Program-made: the position numbers and the translations under genes
In this document: one piece after another, positions 28,219 through 39,943 of the stretch
How positions within the stretch are numbered: position 1 is the stretch's first letter
How the letters are laid out: each line of letters opens with the position of its first letter
Notes under the pieces: generated by a model
Told to the model about the DNA's origin: nothing
What the model saw: the letters and a program-made list of their open reading frames with translations, nothing else
Database searches by the model: none
Assembly: GCF_009914755.1 (NCBI RefSeq)
Contig: NC_060934.1
Strand: one strand, 5' to 3'
DNA: 64,000 nt
Origin: the human T2T-CHM13v2.0 reference genome, Homo sapiens

Positions 28219-29359
28219 ATGAATGAAGATGATGGAATAACAGTCACTATTTGAGAGGTTTGTGAGGATTCAAGGAGCCACCATGGGAAAAGCAGTTAGA
28301 GCAGTGCCTGGAAAATAACAAGCTCTGAGTAAAGATTAGCTCTTATTATTCTCTACCCATCCCAAATAAATGCTCCTCTTCCTCACCCCACCTCAAGTCC
28401 AGCTCCACGTTCTATGACCTTACTCATGGGTTTTGTCTAAAACCTCAAGTGCCCTTGCCACAGTCCCCTGGCAGACATCCAGGCATCTTTCAAATCCCAG
28501 CCCCCAGCTCCAAGCTCCCAGCCCCAACCTCACAGTGTGGGTGTTTAGATCATTCTTCTCTAGACCAGAAACCCCTGAGGTCAGAGATGGGGTCTCACCT
28601 CTTCATGCAACTTATACCTGATGCAGATCAGGCACATGGGAGACATCTGGCAAAGGTTTCATAAGGACATGAATACCGAACTTGGAATCGCACGAAGCAA
28701 TGTTTGAGTCCAGGCTCTGCTATGAAGTTTGCAGACAAATTCTCTGTGCTTTGGACCTCAGTTTGTAATCTGAAAAATGTTGCTTGCAATGTCTGCCTTA
28801 TAATGTTGCCGTGATAATTGAAATACCGAAGAGAACATAAGGTACAATTCCTATTACGTCCGCATCCCCTTCAAGATTCAGGTGTCCTGTAAAAGCCTTC
28901 ACCACGCCCTTGGCCCTCCCTCACTAACCTGTGAGCCCTTCTCTTTCTTAGCCTGTTTTCAGCTTCTTTTGTTAAGAGTCCAGCTCCTCCACCTGGCTGT
29001 GAAGGCACTGAGACCTGGAATTTTCCTTCTGTCTCTTCTAATAAATGCAGGTGCAGCTTCCTTTAATGGGCTGTCAGTGGACAGTAAGAATCTGGACTGT
29101 ACAATTAAATGAAATAAATGCCTGGCCATCTCTGCTCACAGCTGTGAAGCTCAGGAAACCCTTATGTCCTGAAAAACTGAGGTTTTATTTAGCATCTGTA
29201 TATTAAAATTACAGCCCACTCCTTTTGGAGATGGCATTGTTCCTGTGCTCTTAGCATTATTTTTCCCTTAAACTTGGTAGTTCACACAGATGGGTAAAAC
29301 GGCAGAGGGTGAGAGAGGATGAAGGCTGCTCTTTAGAAAAATAATTAACCTGCAAATTA

Positions 29360-29406
29360 AATAAAGACATACCTGAGACTGGGTATTTTATAAAGGAAAG
29401 AGGTTT
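29360..29406 (-). repeat. 47-bp isolated copy of the neighbouring THE1 LTR sequence
   Basis: 46/47 identical to 30056-30102. Confidence 0.9.
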
Positions 29407-30030
29407 GCAAATGTTTGCTGGTGCAGAAGGAGAATCTTTCATGCTGAACCTCAGCATCCAAGCCCCTGTAGTACCTGGGCCTCCTTCCTCTCACTGCCTT
29501 CCGCAACTCAGCCCACACAGCTCTTAGCTGAGCCCCTGAGAGGTGAGGCCCTATGGAAGCCAGGCCCCAGCCATCTGGATATCTACAGGGCTAGTGTAAG
29601 GTTGGGGGAAGCCCAAACAAAGCACCAATCCAGGGTCCTAGAACGCCACCTGGGCCCCCTGTGTTGCATGTCAATACAAATCCACCCTTGCTAGAGGACC
29701 TGAAGTTCATCTTAATCCAGGCCAGAATGCATTGTAAGTGGCCCTGTTTATTCCATAAACAAAGCCTGGTGTACAAATGAAAGTCCTGGGCTTCCTTGAT
29801 TGGAGCATCTCTCAAATGTCCTATAGGAGGCTGGTTAGTTTTCTTCTGGTCATGCTAGCTCAGGAGGAACTGGTACTAGCTTTAGCTTATGGTTTTACTT
29901 TCCAGGCTAAGAAATAGAATATTTGCCACAGCGGGTGGGCTCTGCTTCCTGGAGGATGATCATTAGTATTAACTTATTTGTTTAACCAGTGTTTTCTGAG
30001 CACCAACTATGTGCTGGCTAGGAGGAGAAG

Positions 30031-30404
30031 TGTATTAGTCCATTCTCACACTGCTAATAAAGACATACCTGAGACTGGGTATTTTATAAAGGAAGGAGGT
30101 TTAATTGACTCACAATTCAGCACTGCTGGAGAGGCCTCAGGAAACTTACAATCATGGTGGAAGGGGAAGAAAACATGTCCTTCACATGGCAGCAGCAAAG
30201 AGAAATGCTGAGCAAAGTAGGGGGAAAGTCCCTTATAGAACCATCAGAACTCATGAGAACTCACTCACTATCACAAGAACAGCATGGAGGTAACTGCCCC
30301 CATGATTCAAATATCTCCCACTGACTCCCTCCCATGATATGTGGGGATTATGAGAACTACAACTCAAAATGAGATTTGGGTAGGGACACAGCCAAACCAT
30401 ATCA
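30031..30404 (-). mobile_element. THE1 (THE1C-like) MaLR solo LTR
   Basis: tgtattagtccattctcacactgctaataaagacatacc...cagccaaaccatatca; near TSD agaag/agagg. Confidence 0.92.
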
Positions 30405-32111
30405 AGAGGCAATTAATGACGTCAGAACAGTTGGGGTTTCTGTGATGAATGACTGAGACACAGGGAGACAAAACAATACATAAACAGAAGGGGGCAACTT
30501 ACTGTGGTCAATGATGAGCCCTGTTAACAACCCAGGGAGCCAAAGCCAAGGGAGTTGAAGCCCACAGTGGGCTCTTTGAGACACAGAGCGGGCCTAAGTT
30601 CCTATGCCTCCCACGTGCACCGGCTGTGACACTGAGTGGGCCCCTGACCCTTTTGAGTCTGAGGTCCTTCATCCACACAGTGGAGGTGATAATCTGGTAA
30701 ACATTAGCTTCCTTGTCCTTAAGGTAGCAAATCAGAGCACTGGAGAAATGGTGGGCTTTGGAAGCAGAAAGAATGGATGTGAGTTCACCAGTGTGTGTTG
30801 ACTTGCTGTGAGAGGTTGGGAAAGTTACTTACCATCTCTGAGACTCATCCCCTCATCTCTTTACTGAAGATGATAATGCCTGCCTCACCGGGTGGTGAGG
30901 GACAATGAGTTGCTGCATGGGAAACCCTGGAAAGCCCTGAACAGTCACTCAGTCCCAACCCTTTGGTCCATGAGACACTCCAACTTTTCAGGGAAGAGAG
31001 CACGTCCAGATTTGCTCACAAGCATATCTTTGGTGCTTGGCCCTAAGGCACCCAACACATGGGAAGTAATAAAAATTTTTGTTGAAGGAACGAACCTCCT
31101 AATTTTACAATAGGGAAACAAAGGTATTAAAGTAACTTAACAACCTTGGGTCTTTTCAAGGGCAATTTTGCTCAAAGTCAAAAAACAAGTTGGTGACCAA
31201 ATGTGGGAATCTTCCCAGTGCACCATGGAAGAGGAGACAGCAAGAGGCAGAGTGCACTCCCCAGAGACCCCAGAACAGAGGTATAAATGCTCGTTCTACC
31301 TGAGGCCTATGCTGGAAAAAAATTACACAAGCCCCTTGGAGCTGAGAACATTTTTACAGTTTGGTCGGAGAAAAGTACTTCAGGGTTTGTAACTAAACAG
31401 GAGGAGGACCTGGAACGCTGTGATTCTGTGGCTCCCTTAAGCTCTCCTGGCAAGATTCAGGGCAATCTGCTAAACTACAGCAGCTGAATTTTCACGTCCA
31501 CATCATGTTTTGATAAATGCAACATGGGAGCAGAGCTGAACTTGTTTAGATGAACTGGAAGAATGATGAGGCAGAACCTCAGGATATTATGGCCTTTCTG
31601 AGCTTTATTACACATGACACTATCTCATCTTCTACATGCTTAGAAAACCATAGAAATCATCCTTTTTATCACTGAGCCAGTGACAGTAACACTTAGGAGA
31701 TGCTGTCATGCTTTGGGGTAGAAAATCTATCTCCAGGCAGTGATAGGGTATGCCGCCGTGCATCGAGAGCTAGCCAGAACCACTTGGTAAAGCAGTCTCC
31801 AGAGCCAGGCCACTAGTGGCCAGGGGCCCATTGACCAATCAATCTGTGGGTTATTCAAGGCCCTCAGTCAGCCAGTGATTCCTGATATACCACCTTCTGG
31901 ATTTGATTCATTTTACATTCCACTTCCTTTTACTAAGCACGTGGTATTGGGTAAATAATATAATCCCTCTGAGCCCCACTTCCTCAACTATGAGAGAAGC
32001 AAGACAAGGACCCACTACATTTACTTCTTGTGAACACTAAATTAAATAATGCATGCAAAACTTTGAGTAAAGTGCACAGTGCATAGGAGGTTTTCCAGAA
32101 ATGGTTGTTGA

Positions 32112-32346
<235 letters not shown>

Positions 32347-32947
32347 TGTTGCCTTTTTCATGTACATTAGCTCATCTGCCAGTGGATCTCACAGAAATTT
32401 AACTTCAGAACACAAATTAGATGATATCTTCACGTTTATTATGTGAAGTGTTTTTAAAAAAGTGTTTGTACATGTACAGACATTTGTTTGAGAAACTGGG
32501 TTGTAAACTACCTGCTAATTTGGGTCAAGCCCTCATGGCCTTCTAGAACGGAGAAGAGCAGACAGATGGCCAAGTCATGGCCATCTCACATATCGCTGGG
32601 TCCTTCTGTGATCCAGTTACTAGTGATCTAGGTATACCATTAATTCACATTTTGCCCAAATCCCTTTTATGCAAGTGCTTGATGCTCCTCCTGTCACCTC
32701 TGTGGTAGTTTTCAATATCTAAAAGCAGGGCATCTATCCTAGGTTCCATCATGTTAGATTTAGTCCCTCACTCCAGCCTGCCCCAAATCTGTGGGTGTTT
32801 GATTCTACCATTCAAAAGATTCACTATTTCTCTTTCTACTACACCTACCTCCTTTATCTAAGTTATTGATAATGTTGATAGGAAAATAAATGTGTTGGAT
32901 AGAGTAGGAAAGAGGAACAGTAGCATTTGTAGAAAGTCAACTATACC

Positions 32948-33130
32948 TAGCTAGATGTGATGGCCCACGCCTATAACCCCAGTTACTCGGAGGCCGAAGC
33001 AGGATAATCACTTGAACCCAGGAGGTAGAGGTTGTGGGCAGTCAAGATCGTGCCACTGCACTCCAGCCTGGGCTACAAAGAGAGACTCTGTCACAAAAAA
33101 AAAAAAAAAAAAAGAAAGAAAGAAAGAAAA
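32948..33130 (+). mobile_element. Alu monomer (right-arm type) with A-rich tail
   Basis: TSD-like agaaagtcaactatacc (32931-32947) / agaaagccaattatacc (33131-33147). Confidence 0.85.
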
Positions 33131-33367
33131 AGAAAGCCAATTATACCCAGTCCTTTAAGTTTATTAGTAAGCAGTGGGGTTTAAGCTCTTAAAATCATGT
33201 GTTCTGGGGTCAGACTCCCTGGAAGCAGTACTCTCTGTGTGAGCTCAAGCAAATATCTCTGCCTCTCTGAGCCTTAATTTGCCCAACTATAAAATGGAAG
33301 GGATGATGACAAGATAAACCTCAGGGGATTTGCTGGGGCCATTACTTAAGCTAATACATGTTCCTGA

Positions 33368-33826
33368 TGTATGAACTCCAAGTTCTTCAGTCAGCGTTCT
33401 CTGGAGGGACAGCACTAATGGAATAGATATATATGTAAAGGGGAGTTTATTAAGTATTAACTCACATGATCACAAGGTTCCACAATAGGGCATCTGGAGG
33501 CTGAGGAGAAAGGAGAGCCAGCCCGAGCTCCAAAACTGAAGAACTTGGAGTCCGACATTCGAAGACAGGAAACATCCAGCACAGGAGAAAGATGTAGTCT
33601 GGGAGGCTAGGCCAGTCTCTCTTTTCACATTTTTCTGCCTGCTTCTATTCTATCTCCACTGGCTGCTGATTAGATTGTGCCCACCCAGATTAAGGGTGGG
33701 TCTGCCTTTCCCAGACCACTGACTCAAATGCTAATCTCCTTTGGCAACACCCTCACAGACACACCCAGGATCAATACCTTGTATCCTTCAATCCAATGGA
33801 GTTGACACTCAGTATTGACCATCACA
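33368..33826 (-). mobile_element. HERV-L 3' LTR (MLT2A1-like)
   Basis: Plus strand tgtat...agtcagcgttctctggagggac to cagtattgaccatcaca; minus-strand AATAAA at 33446-33451; degenerate polypurine tract adjacent at ~33827-33845. Confidence 0.93.
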
Positions 33827-34253
33827 GGTCCATGCCTTGTCGACTTGAACCCGTACACATCTCCTGAGATCATACATAACCTTCAAATAAAGACAATAAT
33901 AAGGTGATAATTATACCTAACGTAATACAACTATCCTTCATACAACCAGAAACGCGCCAATCCCCAACCCAAATACTATTACATAAAGTTAACAATACTT
34001 AAATGCTGATGTAAAGTCAATAAATCTTATGTCACATAATAAAGGGAAAAGAAAGGAAATAAAATGAAGATATTTTCTTAGTACAGGTGTATACATGCAC
34101 AAGCATGTTTTTAACAAAAGAAGGAGGAAATACTCATGACAATTATAGTCCTTGTTTCTGCAGGTGGTCACGTGGTCATAGCTGGTATTGATGACTACCT
34201 TCTTCTACTACCCATTCTGTATTCCCTTTACCTTCAGCAAGCACCTCAGCAGG

Positions 34254-34721
34254 TCATGGTTTTTTTCCTGGTGGAGTGACCCAAACCTTCATTTCTGAAG
34301 GGTCTGGGTCATTTGTAGTACTGCCTGGATTGGACTGTTGTAGTTTCCCATTGACCTTAATTACAGGGTACGGTAATACTAAGAGACGCCCTAATGGATC
34401 TCCCGTATTAAATACATAATCTTCCTTACCTCTGTTGTGGAGTAGTAAACTGATTTCATCTTGACAATCTGGGTCAATCACCCCAGCCAGCACTGTAACC
34501 CCTTTCTTAGCCTATTGACTTAAAGGTAGCAGGAGCCCAAAGTGTCCAGGTGGGAAACTTAACTTCCAGTTTAATGGAATTGTTGTTGTGTCTCCTGGTG
34601 GCAGTGTTCCTTCCTCTGGAATTAAGACCTCTAGGCCAGCAGCATGTAATGTTGCAGGAACAGGAAGCAAAAATTTTGCTAGTGGGTCACTAGGGGTGAC
34701 AGTGAGTGGTACCACTTCCAC
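34254..34721 (-). pseudogene. HERV-L dUTPase remnant
   Basis: GTLPPGDTTTIPLNWKLSFPPGHFGLLLP*...LAGVIDPDCQDEISLLLHN...GDPLGRLLVLP; in-frame stop near 34512. Confidence 0.9.
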
Positions 34722-34739
34722 TTCTGCCCTTGATTCCTA

Positions 34740-35390
34740 GACCCGTGGATCCTGGCTATGCAAGAAACAGTACCATATATTGGACGATGATTCAGAGCAT
34801 ACACGGCTTTCTGGAGAACTTTGCTCCAGCCCTGCAAAGTATTATCATGTAGGTGGCATTGTAATTATAACTTCAAAAGGCCATTCCACCATTCTATCAA
34901 TCCAGCTGCTTCAGGATGATGGGGAACTTGGTAAGACCAATGAATTCCATGAGCATGAGCCCACTGCCACACTTCTTTAGCCACAAAGTGAGTGCCTTGG
35001 TCAGAGGCAATGCTGTGTGGAATACCATGATGGTGAATAAGGCATTCTGTGAGTCCATGGATGGTAGTCATGACAGAAGCATTGCATGCAGGATAGGCAA
35101 ACCCATATCCAGAGAAAGTGTCTATTCCAGTGAGGAAAAACCTCTGCCCTTTCCATGATGGAAGAGGTCCAATGTAATCAACCTGCCACCAGGTAGCTGG
35201 CTGATCACCATCAGGAATGGTGCCATATTGAGGGCTCAGTATTAGTCTCTACTGCTGGCAAATTGGGCACTCAGCAGTGGCCATAGCCAGGTCAGCCTTG
35301 GTGAGTGGAAGTCCCTGTTGCTGAGCCCATGTGTAACCTCCATCCCTGCCACCATGGCCACTTTGTTCATGAGCCCATTGGACGATGGCA
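34740..35390 (-). pseudogene. pol: HERV-L integrase remnant
   Basis: HHCC finger (HEQSGH...CPIC), core IPHSIASDQGTHF...HHPEAAGLIEWWNGLLK; stops and frameshifts. Confidence 0.9.
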
Positions 35391-35399
35391 GGGGTGGCT

Positions 35400-35870
35400 G
35401 GGGAAAGAAGCTGAGTGGTGTCCACAGCACAGGTCATCTTATCCACTTGATTATTAAAATCTTCCTCTGCTGAGGTCACCCGTTGATGAGCACTCACGTG
35501 GGATACAAATATCTTCCCAGTTTTTGACCATTCAGAGAGGTCCATCCACATACCTCTTCCCCAAATTTCCTTGTCACCAATTTTCCAATCATGCTTCTTC
35601 CAAGACCCTGACCATCCAGCCAAACCATTGGCTACAGCCCATGAATCAGTATATAATCGCACATCTGACCATTTCTCCTTCCATACAAAGTGCGCAACCA
35701 GGTGCACTGCTCGCAGTTCTGCCCACTGGGAAGATTTCCCTTCACTGCTGTCCTTCAGGGATGTCCTAGAACGGGGCTGTAGTGCTACAGCTGTCCACTT
35801 TGGGGTGGTGCCTGCATATGGTGCAGAACCACCTGTGAACCAGTCCCTAGTATTCTCTTCCTCTATCAGC
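35400..35870 (-). pseudogene. pol: HERV-L RNase H remnant (within the 237-aa ORF 35249-35962)
   Basis: WFTGGSA (expected TDGS), SSQWAELRAV, LYTDSWAVANGL, HVSAHQ, NNQVD. Confidence 0.9.
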
Positions 35871-36039
35871 TGATCATAGAGAACTCCCCATGAAGCCGTC
35901 AGTGCAGGCTGGGGGAGAAAAAGCAGGGCAACAGGAGTGGAGGCCATGGGCATTTGAGCCACTGCCTCATGTAACTTGTGCCTTCAGGACCTGCTCAAGC
36001 CCGATCACGTATATACCGCTTCCATTTGATGATGGAATG

Positions 36040-37200
36040 CTGCTAGGCATGAACCACCTTACGGCTAGATGGGTCAGAAAGCAGCCAGTTCATGATAGGC
36101 AATTCAGGTTGCATGGTGACTTGATGGCCCATAGTCAAATGTTCAGTTTCCACCAAAGCCCAGTAACAGGCCAAGGGCTGTCTCTTAAAAGGAGAGTAGT
36201 TATCTGCAGAAGATGGCAGGGCCTTGCTCCAAAATCCTAGTGGCCTCTGCTGTGATACACCTATGGGTCCCGCCAAAGGCTCCAAACAGCATCCGTATCT
36301 GCCACTGACACCACAAGCACCATTGGATCTGCTGGGTCATATGGCCCAAATGGCAGAGCAGCTTGCACAGCAGCCTGGACCTGTTGCAGAGCATTCTTCT
36401 GTTCTGGACCCCACTCAAAACTCGTAGCCTTTTGGGTCACTTGATAAGTGGACCAGAGTAACACACCCAAATGAGAAATGTGTTGCCTCCAAAATCCAAT
36501 AGGCCCACTAGGCATTGTGCCTCTTTCTTGGTTGTAGGAGGGGCCAAATGCAGCCACTTATCCTTCACCTTAGAAGAAACATTTTGTCAGGCCCCATACC
36601 ACTGGACCCCTAAAAATTTTACTAAGGTAGAAGGCCCCTGAATTTTAGTCGGATTTATTTCCCTTCCTTTGGCACACAAATGTCTCACCAATAAGTCCAG
36701 TGTGTTTGCTACTTCTTGCTCACTGAATCCAATCGCATAATGTGATCAATGTAATGGACTAGTGTGATATCTTGTGGAAGCAAAAAGCGATCAAGATCTC
36801 GCCGAATAAGATTATGACACAAAGCCAGAGAGTTGATATACCCCTGAGGTAGGAAAGTAAAAGTACATTGCTGGCCTTGCCAGCTGAAGGCAAATTGCTT
36901 CTGGTGGGCCTTATGGACAGGAATGGAGAAAAAGGCATTTGCCAGTCAATGGCTGCATACCAGGTACCAGGAGATGTGTTAATTTGCTCAAGCAATGAAA
37001 CCACATCTGGTACAGCAGCTGCAACTGGAGTCACCACTTGGTTAAGCTTGCAATAATCCACTGTCATTTTCCAAGATCCATCTGTCTTCTGCACAGGCCA
37101 AATGGGAGAGTTGAATGGGGATGTGGTGAGAATCACTGCTCCTGCATCTTTCAAGTCCTTGATAGTGGCACTAATCTCTGCAGTCCCTCCAGGGATGCAA
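36040..37200 (-). pseudogene. pol: HERV-L reverse transcriptase and connection remnant
   Basis: [27 protein letters not shown]; catalytic motif reads YIDH at 36742-36753; FEWGPEQ; PLGFWSK; frameshifts. Confidence 0.92.
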
Positions 37201-37249
37201 TATTGTTTTTGATTTACTATTTTTCTAGGTAGAGACAGCTCTAATAGCT

Positions 37250-37620
37250 TCCATTTGGCCTTTCCACCATAGTAGCCCTCACCCTACCACTCAGGGAGCC
37301 AATGTGGGGGTTCTGCCAGCTGCTAAGTATGTCTATGCCAATTATTAATTCTGGCACTGGGGAAATGACCACAGGATGAGTCCAGGACCCACTGGACTTG
37401 CTGTAAGTTAGACCTAAGCTAAAATTCCATTAATTACCTGACCTCCATAAGCCCCCACTTTAACTGGAGGACCACAATAATGTTTTGGATCCTCTGGAAT
37501 CAACGTCAGCTCAGGGCCAGTGTCAGTAGTCCCTGAAATGTCTGATCATTTCCCTTTCCCCAATGCACAGTTACCCTGGTAAAAAGCTGGAATTCTTCTT
37601 GGGGAAGGATAGGAGAAAGA
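37250..37620 (-). pseudogene. pro: HERV-L aspartic protease remnant
   Basis: GLL/DTGPELTLIP around 37495-37532 with an apparent 1-nt deletion next to DTG. Confidence 0.75.
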
Positions 37621-37699
37621 TTCACTCCCTAAATTGTCGGTAATATAGTGGGGTCCTTCCTTAAGGGGACCCAGCCTCCCCTTCATTCAAGGGGTCCTG

Positions 37700-39413
37700 G
37701 GTCTGTAAACAAGCTGGAAATTTACTGAGGGGTCATGATGCTCTGTTTTTGTACTTCAAATCAGTCTTTTGTCCATTCAACCTAGAAGTTTTCTGCTTAT
37801 AGATATTAAGTAGGAATTTATTGATAAGAAGTAGGCTTTCTATCAATTTCATTTCTAGGAACACTGTGATTAATTCGCCAATGCCAGAGCTCTACATGAG
37901 TCAGACTATTCTGATTGCTGCTTTGCCTCTACTGTTCATTACGGTAGCTACGCCCACCTTGCCTTTGACGGTTGAGTGCTGCCACTTGACCCCTGCCACC
38001 TCGGGATCCAATTATTCCCATTGTATTTAAAGTTTGTGGTTGAGTGACTGGGGTTCCCACTGTTAGATCTGACATAGAGAGAAGAGCAACTGCAAGGCTC
38101 TTCAAAGATGCACAAATCTATTTCATGAGGCATTGGTCAAGGGTATATCTTCTGGACCCTCCCAGCTGGGATGAGTAGCTCTAAAGAGAGTAATCCACTC
38201 CACCATCCCAATCTCCTTAAGCCTTTGGATTCCTTCCTCTACATTAAACCAAGGGAGATCAGGCATTTCTAGCTCACTCAGAGTGGGCCATCTTTTAATT
38301 CATATTTCAGCTAACCAAACAAATAAACTATTAGAACCTTGTTTAACTCCCAAAGCTGAAATGATAAATGCAGAGTCCCTACTTAGTGGGCCCAATTCAA
38401 TAAATTCAGCCTGATTCAACTCTATGTTCCTTCCACCCTTATCCCACACCCTTAATATTCATTCCCATGCCTGTTCTCCAGATTTCTGTTTATATAAATT
38501 AGGAAACTCAAGTGGTTATTTTTGAGTGTAACACACCTCCTCATGGGTCACACCCTCAACTTCACCTCTAGGGGTCTGCCAGGACTTTAGACTAGTTATA
38601 GGTCTAGAAGCAAACAGGGGTGTTTGGGGTGGCTCCTGAGGAGAATCAAATTATCTTGCCTGACAACTGCCCCAGGGGAGGCCATCACTGTTGCCTCAGA
38701 CCGCGCAGGGTTTGTCTCCTCAGACAAAGGTGGAAAGGCTGATGGCAGCATGGGTCGGGGAGGGGATGTTGCCACTACTGGGGATGGGGAAGCTGTTTCT
38801 TCTGGCAAAAATGGTTCATCAGAGTTTACAAACTCAGTTTCCCCAGCTTCATCAGGGTCCTCCCACATATCCCCATTCCAAGTTGCAGGCTCCCATTTTT
38901 TTCTAATCAATACCCTCACTTTAACAGTAGACACCTGGTGAGGTTGTGCATGCATCTTTCGTTGCAGGTCAGCCATTCACATAAGAGCTTGTGCCTGTTT
39001 TTCCACAATTTCAGCTCTTTCTCCACAGGAGATAAAACTCTCACTCAGGGCAATCCCAGCAGATTTGAGGCTCAGTATCTGCTTCTGAAGCTAGCAGATA
39101 GAATCCCTGAGTTTATCATTTTTTTCATCACTTTGTCCACTGAACTTAGGAGCAACCAACCAGCTTAATTATGTTCCTTGACTCTCCAGATATAGTCAAA
39201 GGTATTATGTATAGGGTCACTAAACTCCTTGCCTCTCAAGAGCGACAAATCAGGAGCATCAAATGCGTTTATTTTGCATAACTCTCTACACAGTTCACTC
39301 CAAGAACTCTCAGTGTCCTCCATATTATTAGAAGTAGAGTCCTTAGCATTTTGGGGTGTAATCATTTGAAGCAGCCAACTCCAGAAATCCCAAAACCAAT
39401 GAAATAACTCCAT
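37700..39413 (-). pseudogene. gag: HERV-L gag remnant
   Basis: Lies just downstream of the PBS; fragments QVSTVKVRVLIRKKWEPATWNGDMWEDPDEAG typical of ERV-L Gag; many stops. Confidence 0.85.
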
Positions 39414-39434
39414 CCTTAATATTCTGTTCCTTTA

Positions 39435-39452
39435 GAACCACTCCTGTTACCA
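39435..39452 (-). promoter_or_regulatory. Primer-binding site (tRNA-Leu type)
   Basis: Minus strand TGGTAACAGGAGTGGTTC starts 5 nt inside the 5' LTR boundary; tRNA identity taken from family knowledge. Confidence 0.75.
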
Positions 39453-39457
39453 AAATC

Positions 39458-39943
39458 TGTATTAGTCAGGGTTCTCTAGAGGGACAGAACTAATGTAATG
39501 GATATAGATATATAGATATAGATATAGATATAGATATAGATATAGATATAGATAGATAAAGGAGGGGTTATTAAGTATTAACTCACACAATCACAAGGTC
39601 CCACAATAGGCTGTCGGCAGGCTGAGGAGCAAGGAGAGCCAGTCTGAGTTCCAAAACTGAAGAACTTGGAGTCCGATATTCAAGAGCAGGAAGCATCCAG
39701 CACAGGAGAAAGATGTAGTCTGGGAGGCTAGGCCAGTCTCTCTTTTCACACTTTTCTGCCTGCCTATATTCTAGCTGCACCAGCAGCTGATTAGATTGTG
39801 CCCACCCAGATTAAGGGTGGGTCTGCCTTTCCTAGCCCACTGACTCAAATATTAATCGCCTTTGACAACACCCTCACAGACATACCAAGGATCAATACTT
39901 TGTATCCTTCAATCCAATCAAGTTGACCCTCAGTATTAACCAT
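39458..39943 (-). mobile_element. HERV-L 5' LTR (MLT2A1-like)
   Basis: Plus strand tgtattagtcagggttctctagagggac to ctcagtattaaccat; outer terminal bases missing; roughly 11% different from the other LTR by hand count. Confidence 0.93.
39501..39557. repeat. (GATATA)n hexamer repeat within the 5' LTR
   Basis: Direct reading; not expanded in the 3' LTR. Confidence 0.95.

Larger units (their letters stand above)
33368..39943 (-). mobile_element. Near full-length HERV-L provirus (LTR-gag-pro-pol-dUTPase-LTR, no env)
   Basis: Two direct-repeat LTRs, ~5.6-kb internal region, PBS, recognisable RT/RNaseH/IN/dUTPase peptides in several frames. Confidence 0.97.

Noticed and set aside
33827-34250. Possible env gene between dUTPase and the 3' LTR
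   Set aside because: Only ~420 bp, AT-rich, no env-like ORF; HERV-L is known to lack env
37820-37847. Possible inverted templated insertion in gag (attgataagaag / ctttctatcaat)
   Set aside because: Only 10/12 and depends on my memory of the consensus; too weak without an alignment
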